Below, in pieces: positions 52,578 through 64,000 of a stretch of 64,000 bases of DNA (position 1 is the stretch's first letter; every line of letters begins with the position of its first letter). The notes under the pieces were generated by a model. That model ran no database searches and had not been told where the DNA came from. It saw nothing but the letters and a program-made list of their open reading frames with translations. The translations under genes and the position numbers were made by a program. Source of the DNA: Octopus sinensis (Eukaryota); the NCBI RefSeq assembly GCF_006345805.1, contig NC_043008.1, positions 34,472,001-34,536,000 on the forward strand. The letters run 5' to 3'.

Positions 52578-52851
52578 ATGTTAAAGGCTCGGTTTCTGGG
52601 AGAGATAACCTGTTACATTTTTGTATATAATATGAGGCAAAATCATGACTGTGTGGTCAAAATGATTTGTTTTTCAACTACAATTTCAAGTTGTATCCTA
52701 TTACATGATTCCTTGGGAACATGCTAAGCCTCTTACTATAGCCTCTGCCTGACCAATGCCTTATGAAGGAAATTTGCTGTCTGGAAACTGTATGGAAGCT
52801 TGTTGCTTACACATACATACACATGTATACATGTGTGTGTGTGTGTGTTTA

Positions 52852-53052
52852 TTCTTTTATTCTTTTACTTGTTTCAGTCATTTGACTGCGGTCATGCTGA
52901 AACACCACCTTGAAGGGTTTTAGCCAAACAAGTCGACCCCAGAACTTACTTTTCTAAACCTAGTAGTTATTCTATTGGTTGCTTTTGCCAAACTGCTAAG
53001 TTATGAGAATGTAAACACAGCAACACCAGTTGTCAACACACGCACACACACA

Positions 53053-53088
<36 letters not shown>

Positions 53089-53365
53089 TGTATGTATGTA
53101 TGTATGTATGTATGTATGTATGTATGTATGTATGTATGTATGTGTGTGTGTATGTATGTATGTATGTATGTATGTATGTATGATGTGTGTATGTGTGTAT
53201 GTGTGTATGTATGTGTGTATGTATGTATGTATGTATGTATGTATGTATGTATTTGTATGTATGACAAGCTTTCAGTTTCCATCTACCAAATCCACTCACA
53301 AAGCTTTGGACTGAACCTGAAACCATGTGGTTAGGAAGCCAGCTTCTTACCACACAGCCACACCT
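52852..53365 (-). mobile_element. S3 SINE with long (TATG)n expansion
   Basis: Forms an inverted pair with 52168-52577 about 275 bp away. Confidence 0.85.
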
Positions 53366-53958
53366 ATATGTATGTGTGTCTGTGAATAAATACACACATA
53401 CACATACACATACACACACACATGTATGATACATGATATATAATACTTTTGAATTATATGTCACTTTAAAATACTGCAGAAATGAAAAAGTGCCAAAATT
53501 TACCATGATACTTAATATAAATAATATTCTTGAATGTATGTGTTGGTGGGTTTGTATATATCTTGGAAATAACTGAAACGTTAATATCTATAAGCAGACT
53601 GATTTATATCCTTATACACTGCTGGTAAATGCTATAAAAATATTGTAATCCATATATACAGTTGTACAATAAATATATACAACTGTACAAAACATACAAC
53701 TGTACAATAAATATAAAACATAATTATATACTATATACACAAAGTTGAGCAATGATATCACCGAGCTTATTATTTACTCTAAAACATACAAAATTATTCT
53801 CGCATATATGAATAAAATATAAAAATGGATGGAAAATGTAAGCAAATCAAAACTGAAGGTAATAAAATCTGCTTATCATAAATTTCTGTCATTCAATAAT
53901 ATTTTTCATAAGCCATATGGGAGCTCACACACACATGAATACACATACACACATGCAT

Positions 53959-53999
<41 letters not shown>

Positions 54000-54410
54000 T
54001 GCACACACATGTATACTCATCTCTTCTCTTTTCCTACTTGCAGGTTATATACATATGTATTGAAGACAAGACTATGTTCAAGTTCGATCTTTTTGCTATT
54101 AATCCTTTACGCTCATTTTGAAACATTAGCATTCCTAAATCTTTAAATCTATTAATGTTTCAAAGGGATCTCAGTTCCATTCTTGGAATGAAATTATTGC
54201 AGTATGGTATGATGCTGGTGTGGTTGTATGGCTCAGTTATGGCTGTGTGGTAAGAAGTTAACTGCCCAACCATGTGGTGTGGTGCCTGATTCAGTCCCAT
54301 TGTATGGTATCTTGAGCAAGTGTTTTTTACCAAAGTTCCAAGCCAACCAAATTGTTTGACTGGATTTGGTGAATATAAACTGAAAGGAATTTGTCTTATA
54401 TACATATATG

Positions 54411-55910
54411 CAGTGGTGGGCACAGTTTCACTCATCCACTAACAGCTAATTAGTGAAGTTAACTTTTCCTTTAGTGGTTTCATGTTTTCACTAACTTTGG
54501 AAACTGTTAGTGGACCAATTAGCTTCTGCTAACAAAATTCATGTGTGTTCCTGTCTGTTGTGGACGTGTTTCAAAGAGCCTGTCTGGCATGTTATTGGCT
54601 GATTATGTGTACATGTGACAAGACATTATTGGTTGACACAGTAGCAACTAGCTGAGCAGCATTGTGTAATTCTGCCTTCCTCCCCAAATTTTGCCAGGTT
54701 AGCAGAGAAATGAATGTTATGTAGACTGTCATAGAGACAGCTCTAATGGAGACAGATGAGGAAGGCAGCAGCACCACCAGCAATGAGGATGAAGAAGATA
54801 ATTTCTTCAGCAACATTACTCAGTTCCAGGAGAGCAGGAGCTACAGGTCAATGAAGTTTAAGGTACAGAACTTAGTGAAGACCTCTCAAAGTGGAAGCCG
54901 TCTGAAATCATCCTGACTGAAATCATCTTTTTAAGTGAGCAGATCTTGATTGACCTGTTCACCAAGTATAACACTGCCATCCCATCCAGTGCTGCAGTTG
55001 AGTGTCTAATAAGACTCCGCCGGTTACGACGACGAGGGTCCCAGCTGATACGATCAACGGAACAGCTTGCTCGTGAAATTAACGTGTAAGTGGCTGAGCA
55101 TTCCACAGACACGTGTACCCTTAACGTAGTTCTCGGGGATAATCAGCGTGACACAGAGAGTGACAAGGCTGACTCTTTGAAATACAAGTACAACTCATTT
55201 TTGCCAGCTGAGTGGACTGGAGCAACGTGAAATAAAGTGTCTTGCTCAAGGACACAACGCGTCGCCGGGAATCGAACTCACAACCTTACGATCATGAGCC
55301 GAATGCCCTAACCACTAAGCCACGCGCCCTCACAGTTGAGTGTCTATTCTCTATAGGCAACGATATTTTGATGGCCAAAGGAGCCACCCTGTCAGATAGT
55401 AACTTTGAGAGGCTGATGTTATGAAGGGCAACCAGCATCACATTGAGACAATGGAGAAGGCCCAACCAGAGTAGTACACCTTGATCTCATCTGATCTTGG
55501 CATGATACTTATGCTATACTATACATTTTTGATTCATTTAATACTTTTTATACAGTAAATAAAGTGTATGCTGACTGAAAAACTAATGTTTAATCTCATT
55601 TGTTCATTTAATTATTTGCGTACACCTTAATCATCATCTGATCTTGGCATGCTATACCTTTTTGGAAAGCTCTATGTCTAAGTTGCAACATGAAAATTTC
55701 AGCTCCCAATGTCTGTTTTTAAGGGTTTTAGTGTCCCAAAACCAAACCGAAGCTAAATTCATATAATAAAAGTTAGTACTTATTAGTTAGCATTAACTTC
55801 CGCTAATTTTTTTACCTGTTTAGCAGTTTAGCATTTGCAAAGCTAACTTTTATAGTTAGCAGATTGGCGGTTAACAAAGCTAACTTTGTGGTTAGTTGTG
55901 CCCACTGCTG
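54411..55910 (+). mobile_element. Non-autonomous hAT transposon, both ends present
   Basis: TIRs cagtggtgggcaca / tgtgcccactgctg; 8-bp flanks catatatg / catatata; remnant LFTKYNTAIPSSAAVECL|FSIGNDILMAKGATLSDSNFERLML is the hAT C-terminal dimerisation motif; gttagc/gctaac subterminal repeats. Confidence 0.9.
55009..55332 (-). mobile_element. Young full-length tRNA-derived SINE (family S1) with 14-bp TSD
   Basis: cagttgagtgtcta at 54995-55008 and 55333-55346; A box tggcttagtggttag and B box gttcgattcc on minus; CpGs retained. Confidence 0.92.
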
Positions 55911-56287
55911 CATATATATATGAGTGTGTTGTGTGTGTGTGTGTGTGTGTGCATTTATGTGTTCATATTTTCTTCACGTGTTCACTCATTGGTTGTAAAA
56001 ATGTGGCTTCATATTGAGTTATCTGTTTCCAGTTCTATACAAGCAACATTCTGCACACTAATGTTCTAGACTGAACACAAAGGAGTAATAAAAGAATAAA
56101 GATCAGACTGTCTTTAATACAGTATATCCGAAACTGGATTTTCAGGCATTAAGAATGTGCAAAGAATAGTTAAACCAACCAACTGAAAGTACATAAACTC
56201 ATGTTAACCAGCATTATCAATCGGTAGAAGGGCATATTGGTACCCACTTGGATTATATATCTCCATCATCCAAAAATTTTGGAAACT

Positions 56288-56320
<33 letters not shown>

Positions 56321-56324
<4 letters not shown>

Positions 56325-56480
56325 GAAATTTATAGAAAAACAAAAGACAAAGATAGGTGTATGAACAACATGCAGGTGTATTAGTTTGACGCTCAGGAAA
56401 GTGAGAAAGTCTTACATTTTGAGCCTACACCCTTCAACAGAAAGGAATAAGAGAAAATAAACAGAGAGAGAGAATAAAAA
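56321..56480 (-). mobile_element. Hammerhead-bearing element, family B (copy B3, decayed)
   Basis: Minus strand cctttCTGTTGAagggtgtaggctcAAAAtgtaag at 56411-56444, with the same downstream body as B1; abuts (TA)n. Confidence 0.65.
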
Positions 56481-56563
56481 AACTTGTGGATTTAGTGATC
56501 AAGCATGGTGACTGGTTGGGAAAAATAGGTTTGACAGGAGAGGTAGAAAGAAGGGGAGATGTA

Positions 56564-57200
56564 CACGGTATGTGACCAAAAGTATCTGGATACCCATCTG
56601 ATAATGAAGTACAAGTTTGGGCTACCTTCCAGCTGGAACACTGGCAATCAATACGGTGTTGGCCCACCCTTAGCCTTGATGACAGCCTCCACTCTCACAG
56701 GCATACTTTCAATCAGGTGGTGGAAGGTTTCCTGGGAAATGGCATCCCATTCTTCCTCATGGAGTGCCAAAATGAGCAAGGGTGTCAATGTGGGTCAGTG
56801 AGGTCTAGCATGGAGTCAGCATTCCGATACATCCCAGAGATGTTCAGTGGGATTTAAATCAGGACTCTGCACAGGTCAATCCCTTAGTGGGACATTGTCA
56901 TCAAACCACACCCCTGCAACCCCTTCAGTATGAACAGGTTTTCAGTCATGTTGAGAAACACAATGGTCATCCTCAAACTGTCTTCAACAGTATGCAAAAT
57001 GAAAGTAGTTAAAATGTCAGTGTAAGTTTGTGCCATGTGAAACAAGAGGGCCAAGCCCCCTCCACGAGAAACATTGTTTTCTCGCTGTAATAGCAATCGT
57101 GAAAGAGGTGATATGGAAGTCGAGAATGAAAGGATTTGTGATGGGCAGCTTCATCTCTGGCCTCGGTTTGGTGAGATTTTTCACCTTTCCCCTGAAAAGG
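56564..57200 (-). mobile_element. Tc1-family transposon 3-prime part
   Basis: TA then TIR cacggtatgtgaccaaaagtatctggatacc; minus translation PDLNPTEHLWD...EEWDAISQETFHHLIESMPVRVEAVIKAKGGPTPY*. Confidence 0.9.
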
Positions 57201-57439
57201 AAAGTGGGGCTGGAGAGGAGATGCCTGTCATCAAGAATGTACAAAGATAGATGGGCACGTGTAGCACGAATGTTGTGTGTGAAAGACTTTGGTCGACCCG
57301 AGGCTATAGTAGAAGACACTTCCCCAAGGTGCCATGCATTGGGACTGATCCTGGAACCCTGTGGTTCGTAATCAAGCTACTTACCACACAGCCACTCCTA
57401 TGCCTTCACACAGCCACTCCCACGCCTCCACACAGCTAC

Positions 57440-57493
<54 letters not shown>

Positions 57494-57507
57494 ACAAATA
57501 TATAGGA

Positions 57508-57542
<35 letters not shown>

Positions 57543-57639
57543 TGTATATTCTTGCAAATGTTAAGCAATACTCATCAATTATAAAAATGATGCATTTCTG
57601 AAAAAAAAAAAAAAAGAGAAAGACCTCTATAAAAGTACA

Positions 57640-58030
57640 ACTGCTCCACAAATGCTAAAATCTATCAGAATATTCTGAAGAAGTTGTCTACTCATATCAT
57701 CATCTATAATTACACTGCATTGTAACAGCATGTTTACATCCTGCAAAGTGTGTGAAATAATGGCTTATAGCTTATGATAGTACTCTATCTGGGTAAGTGG
57801 CCTGGATTGTCTCCTGACCTAAGCCTGATAGAAAATGTTTGGGACCAAATGCCCAAAATTGAAAAATATATATCTGGCAGTTTATAGTGCTTCATCAATT
57901 TCAGATTTAAAAGAAGTGATACTGCAGTTTTGGATATATGAAAAATAAACGAGATTACTGCAAATTTTTGGTTGAAAGAATGCCTGACTGCTCTGTTGGA
58001 GGTTGGAGGATATCATACCAAAGTACTGAC
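57640..58030 (+). mobile_element. Second Tc1-family transposase C-terminal remnant
   Basis: WPGLSPDLSLIENVWDQM...SDLKEVILQFW...LVERMPD...GYHTKY*. Confidence 0.75.
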
Positions 58031-58381
58031 AAGTGTAATGCTAATGTTTGTACTTTTGTAAACTGTTTGCTGGTTAGGTGCTTATTTTATTAGCCCTTTC
58101 ACATTAAGATCACTTTGTTAACTGCAATGAATATTTTTATTCACATTGTTTTGAATTAATTCTGAATTAAATCTTGTAGCTTTGAGGTTTTGATGATATG
58201 CTTATTTTTAGAATGTCATTGTAGGGTAAGTGTGAGAGGCCAGATCAGGCTGATTTGAACATAAAACAGGTAGAATATTTAAGTCAATTATGACCACTAT
58301 TTACATTATTTACATTATTTATATTCGATGGATCTTTGTCCACATCTTGTTTGTTGTGTTAACTCCACAGATCCTTTAGAA

Positions 58382-58730
58382 CAGGGGTTCTCAACCAGTT
58401 TTTATCCATGAACCCCTTTGATTATTATTTCATTTTGGTGGACCCCTGTAGCCATTCAATGTTTAAAAACTAGTTTTATGGAAACTTCTTTCAAAATTCC
58501 TGTTTTGTTTTTCACACATTAACTTGTCTAGATTAAACTATGTGAAATGTTAGAGGAAGAAACCGAGTTGTTTCTTGCAATACAGACCAAAACATACATC
58601 TGAAACAAAATCTTTTCAGGGACTCTTAAAATACTATTGTGGATCCCCAATTTATTATATTGTTCCATAGGCCCCCAAAAATCTTATATGGACCCTGAAG
58701 GGCCATATAGACCCCACTTGAGAACCACTG
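58382..58730. mobile_element. hAT-type MITE
   Basis: TIR caggggttctcaa / ttgagaaccactg; flanks ctttagaa / cttcagag. Confidence 0.8.
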
Positions 58731-59420
58731 CTTCAGAGGAATCCCATTTCAGCCACACATATTTGCAATCATACCTTTTCAGTCAGTACCCAACATTGAT
58801 GATCATAGATGAAAATAGGCACAAAAACTGAATTGTAGAAAGTAGGTTTGGCTTTTTTAACAGTCTCTCTGCCTGTACACACACACACACACACACACAG
58901 ACACACACATACACACACACACACACACACACATACACACACACACATGCAATAGACTTCCTCATTGTTTCCTGTCACCTAAATTTCATTTTCAAGGCTC
59001 TGGTCTGGGTAGTCTTTTACAGCACTCCAGTCATGCATGAAATATTTCTAGTGAATTAAGTTCAAAGAAAGGTCGCCTCCAGCTTTATTCAAATTGCTCA
59101 CTCCTTCTTATTAGACAATTATGTTTATAACTTTTGTTTGCAACTTTTTACTTAAACCAGAATAATAATCTTGAAAATGTAACAATGTAATGTCAAAAAG
59201 TCAGCCAGTACAAATAACAGATACAAAAGAAAAAGCATTGAATAGATTTTATAACAGGTATAATAGTTCATCCAGCTACCTACTATACTCTTGAAATAAA
59301 TTAGTATTTTTGTAGTAGGCTTTGTATGAATTATATGAATTTAATTGTTCATGTGTTACTGAATTCATGGAATTTAAATATGTGTGTGTGCATACATACA
59401 TATATGCATATATATGCGTG

Positions 59421-59458
<38 letters not shown>

Positions 59459-59540
59459 ATATATATAAACACACATATATATATACACACGCTCACACAC
59501 ATACATGCATTTATGTATACATATGTATGTATATATGTAT

Positions 59541-59870
59541 GCCTTTCCTTTGCTGGGCTCAAATCTCATTTGCGAATCCATGGAAATGAACCTCCACCAA
59601 CTATTCTGCCTACATGACTGTGCACACCTTTGAATGCAGTGTATGCCAGAAGGTTTGCAAATCTAACGGAAGCCTCAAAAGATATTTCAAGATCCACAAA
59701 GATCAGAACTTATCTGCAGCTCTTGGTGGTCTAAATCGGATGTGCAATTTATGTGGGTGCCTTTTCAGAACATTGTCTGGTTTAAAAAGCCATATCAGAT
59801 GCCATGATGGTTCTAAGACATAGGTACAGGAGGTGGTCAAACTCTGCATAAGTAGTAGACAACCACCACC
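59541..59870 (+). mobile_element. Probable RTE-type LINE 3-prime end with three C2H2 zinc-finger-like motifs
   Basis: ..FAGLKSHLRIH, a frameshift, then CSVCQKVCKSNGSLKRYFKIH and CNLCGCLFRTLSGLKSHIRCH, then a stop, a short tail and (acc)n. The 5-prime side is cut by a microsatellite. Confidence 0.6.
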
Positions 59871-60198
59871 ATATATAAATATATATACAGTAATCACTCA
59901 CCATATCATGGTTCACCTATTGCCCCCTCTTTTTATTGTTAGATGACGTATGGGGATCGGCAATTTCTCATCAAAGAACCACACAGATGATTTGTTTATA
60001 GTGATCAAATATTTGTTCACATAAGCTCACTCCCTTCATGAAATCAGCATCACCTGTACAGGTGCACCGTGTGCCAAATTTTAGATGATGAAATGATTGC
60101 AGAGCAATGTGAATACAACACAACACCCAGTCTTGGAAACGAAACCACAACCTCACAATCGTGAGTGAAACAACCTAACCACTAAGCCATGCACCTTC

Positions 60199-60282
<84 letters not shown>

Positions 60283-60285
60283 ATA

Positions 60286-60792
60286 TTCTTTTATTCTTTT
60301 ACTTGTTTCAGCATTTGACTGCAGCCATGCTGGAGTACTGCCTTTAGTCAAGCAAATTGATCCCAGAGCTTATTCTTTGTAAGCCTAGTACTTGTTCTGT
60401 TATTCACTTTTGCCGAACTGCTAAGTTACAGGGGATGTAAACACACCAGCATTGGTTGTCAAGCGATGTTGGGGGGGATAAACACAGACATACAAACATA
60501 TACACACATACATACATACATGCATACATACACACATACATACATACATACATACATACATACATACATACATACATACATGTATATATATGTGTGTGTG
60601 GGTGTGCATGTGTGTGTATGTATACACACATATACGATGGGCTTTTTCCAGTTTCCCTCTACCAAATCCACTCACAAGGCTTTGATTGGCCCAAGGCTAT
60701 AGTAGAAGACACTTGCCCAAGGTGCCATGCAGTGGGACTGAACCGGGGACCATGTGGTTGGTAAGCAAGCTACTTACCACACAGCCACTCCT
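60286..60792 (-). mobile_element. S3 SINE, full length, with expanded (TACA)n core
   Basis: Reverse complement collinear with 52168-52577. Confidence 0.9.
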
Positions 60793-61949
60793 ATATATGA
60801 ATATATGATATGTAAAAGGGATTAATAACTCCAAGCAGATATCTAGAAAGCACTCAGTGGTTTAGCAAACTTGGTCAACTACATCAAACAACCAGATACC
60901 AATAAATTCTAATAGAATTAACATCCAAGTATGATAAGTAAATCCAAATATCACTTTAGAAGAATTTCAAGAAATACAGAATTACAAAAACATGAACAAG
61001 GATGGAGGATATAATAATAATAGTAATGCTGATGATAATAATAATAACAATAATATTGATAGTAATAATAATGGTAAAAGAAAAATAGTAATAGTACTAA
61101 TGATGATAATGAAAGTTGTATTAATCTTGTCTGTAATGTATACATAAATAATGATGATGATCATAGTTTAGTTTAAATAACTCATCCTGTTTTTGATACT
61201 TTAGATAATTGTAATTCCGACAGTGAAATTGATAGTACCTTTCAGATAACAACTAGTAGAAATATTGAATATAATATGGCTAATAATCTTGTTTTAATGT
61301 CTAATTCTGAGAGTAGAGTTAGTACTATTTAACCATGTAAGCCACATACAAGTCAATAAACACCTTTGTAATTTCAAAAACAAACTTATGTACCTTTATA
61401 TAAATCCATTTAAGAAAATATATAATATATATTAATGTATGGTAATTGCAGGGTTTTGTAGGTATTATTACATAGGTTCTTCTGGTATAGTTTGGAGGTC
61501 TTCTTCAATTAAGTTTAGAAGAAAATGAAATCATAATAAATGCATTTGATGTTTGCAAGGCATTAACTACAATATAAAGTAATCCATCATTAGTTAAATA
61601 GAAATGCTTTATATATATGTGTGTGTGTTTATATATATATGTATATATATATATATATGTGTGTGTGTACATATTATTGTATTATAGGTCGGATCAACAA
61701 GAAAAGCGTTCTATCCAGTGAGAGATGAATATCATTTAAGATTCAGAATTAGAATTTAATATACACAAATAGTTACATGCTCCAAGAAACACAAATAGTG
61801 CATGTGTTTATTGGCAAAATGATCATCCCCAAATATAACAATATCTATTTGAACACATGATTTCATATTAAGAATCTTGCAAGACAAAATACATAAATAC
61901 ACACACACACACACTCACACTATATATATATATATATAACATTCCAATT

Positions 61950-62362
61950 ATCTGGATGCTTGTCTGTGAATATGAGAAAACAAACCAGAAGACATGATCA
62001 TACATAAGTCATACCAAAAGGCCACACCCAGTTGTAACTGTAGAGAACCTTAAACTTGCCCACTTGATCAAGCATGTTTGATAAACATAGTTGCTGAAGA
62101 AGCTGAAGTTACAGCAGTGCTCCAAGACAAAATAATTGTGAACAAAAATTACATTGGTTTATGTGAAGGCAACTTTGAAAGCCATTATGCAAACCACCAG
62201 TCTTCTTCCTGACATTAATAGAAAAAAAAAATGCCACTAAGTTGGCTAGCTATGTGTTGAGTTTGAAGACCGAATGTACACCACTTACAATCAAGTGGAG
62301 AATCGTGGAGAAACCTATACCATATATGAATGGGTCTAAGAGGTTCAAGCTATGCACAACTC
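61950..62362 (+). mobile_element. Penelope-like element remnant: Cys-rich linker plus GIY-YIG endonuclease pseudo-ORF
   Basis: SCNCREP*TCPLDQACLINIVAEEAEVT...KNYIGLCEGNFESHYANHQSS, then a frameshift to NATKLASYVLSLK...IKWRIVEKPIPYMNGSKRFKLC. This follows the PLE pattern CNCR..CPL..C..YIG....F..RY.NH..ATELS.Y.W.LK..IKW.I..Y.NG.KRC.LC. Confidence 0.85.
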
Positions 62363-62790
62363 ACACATTCTTTTTAGGTTCAAGAATTCCACCACACTAC
62401 TTTATTCCAGATCTGAGATTTTTAGTAAAGGTACGCACATGGACAGTTTTCTTTTGTTGAACTGGAAGACCCCACCCACTCTGGATTGAGTAGCTACCTG
62501 ACAGACTTTGGTCTCTCTTATATTATTCTGCACCAGCTACGGTAATTATGGTTTCTGCAGTTAAAGAGGATGAAGATCTTGCCTTTCTTACTTTTCTTTT
62601 CTTTCTTCTTGTTCCACTTTTTGCATCAACCTCCTTCTCCTTTTTCCTTCTTTTTCTCGTGTTGCTCATAGACCAGCATCCTGATTTTTTAAAATTACAT
62701 TTGACATTATGAACTGAGTCTGGAAGACTGAAAGCATGTTATATAAATCTTCCAATTTTATGTATCTTTAACATTAATTTCATATATATA

Positions 62791-62873
<83 letters not shown>

Positions 62874-63459
62874 CATACATACATACATATATACATGTGT
62901 GTGTATGTATGTATGTATGTATGTATGTATGTATGTATGTATGTTTGTATATATGTATGTGTATATGTTAATGTATTTATTTTGCAAGATTCTTGATGTG
63001 AAATCATGTGTTGAAACAAATATAGTTATATTTGGGGACGATCATTGTGCCAATAAACACATGCATCATTTACTTGATCTTCACTTTAGCTTTATCACTG
63101 TTATGAGTTTATTTATCAGAGTTCTTTCATCACACATCCAGTGGCCTCTTCAATGACTTCCTGCTTTACATATCGCCTCTTCTCTCTGGTTTTGTCATAT
63201 TCGTTCCATCTTATCTTTCTGTGGAATGTATCCCTTCTGTGCATGAGTTTGCATCTGTAACTATCTGTGTCTATGTGTTTGGCACGTATATGTATGTTTT
63301 GAGTGCATACATATGGGTTTGTATATTACAGTGTTTGTAAACACGTCTTTTTTTTTTCTGTGTTCAGTTGTCAGGTTGCAAGGTAGGCTTGAGTGGGGAG
63401 GTGTTATTGCTCCATTCACATTTTCTGAATGTGCGACAAAAGAAATCTGACAAATAAAC

Positions 63460-63513
<54 letters not shown>

Positions 63514-64000
63514 CAATAAAGCTAAAGTGAAGATAAAATAAATAATTCATGTTTATTGATAAAATGACTATCCCCAAATATAACAATATGTGTGTGTGTG
63601 TGTATGTATGTGTACACACACACACACACACACACACACTTATATATACACACATGCATATATATATAAATATACATCCATATTGTTGTTGTTGTTGTTA
63701 TTATTATTATTATTAGTAGTAGTAGTAGTAGTAGTAGTAGTATTGAGTGAGAGAGCAGTTCATGCCATCAAAGTGACACTGGGGTAAAATATACAAAGCC
63801 CATCTGATAAGGGTACACCAGACATATGCATCTCAACCACATGTGCATGACATGGTGATCTCATATCAAGATAAACAGCACATGACCTTGCAGGTGGAGC
63901 CCTGTTAGAATTTTCTTCAGGTCAAGTAGCCCATCCCACTCAAAAGATTCCTGAATAAGGGCCGTTTAAGGATATTGAATGAAACATCAATGTTACTAGA

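Noticed and set aside
52975-53506. Long ORFs rich in MYVC/HTYI or YI/CV (also 13129-13587, 16470-16973, 60404-60764 and others)
   Set aside because: They are translations of (TATG)n, (CA)n and (TA)n microsatellites.

Overview
AT-rich, microsatellite-saturated animal DNA. The SINE families and repeat density suggest a coleoid cephalopod, most likely Octopus (inference from pattern recognition, not a database hit). The one securely recognised gene is sorting nexin 27 (SNX27): coding exon 1 (PDZ domain) lies on the minus strand at 35048-35307. I found no later SNX27 exon, so the left ~35 kb is probably intron 1. A CpG-rich zone at about 33-38 kb surrounds this exon and may be a bidirectional promoter for an unidentified small-exon gene on the plus strand (low confidence). 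The rest is a nested transposon landscape: several tRNA-derived SINE families, RTE and CR1-type LINE remnants, mariner/Tc1 and hAT remnants, hAT, piggyBac and mariner MITEs, non-autonomous Helitrons and a Penelope-like GIY-YIG remnant. The most notable observation is six short (115-200 bp) elements in two families, plus a possible degraded third, carrying minimal type I hammerhead ribozyme folds. One copy has an intact core in the sense direction of the SNX27 pre-mRNA, and one family has a fixed non-canonical CUGUUGA core. Most computed ORFs are microsatellite or SINE artefacts. Repeat boundaries were estimated by eye and may be off by tens of bases unless a TSD or TIR is quoted.
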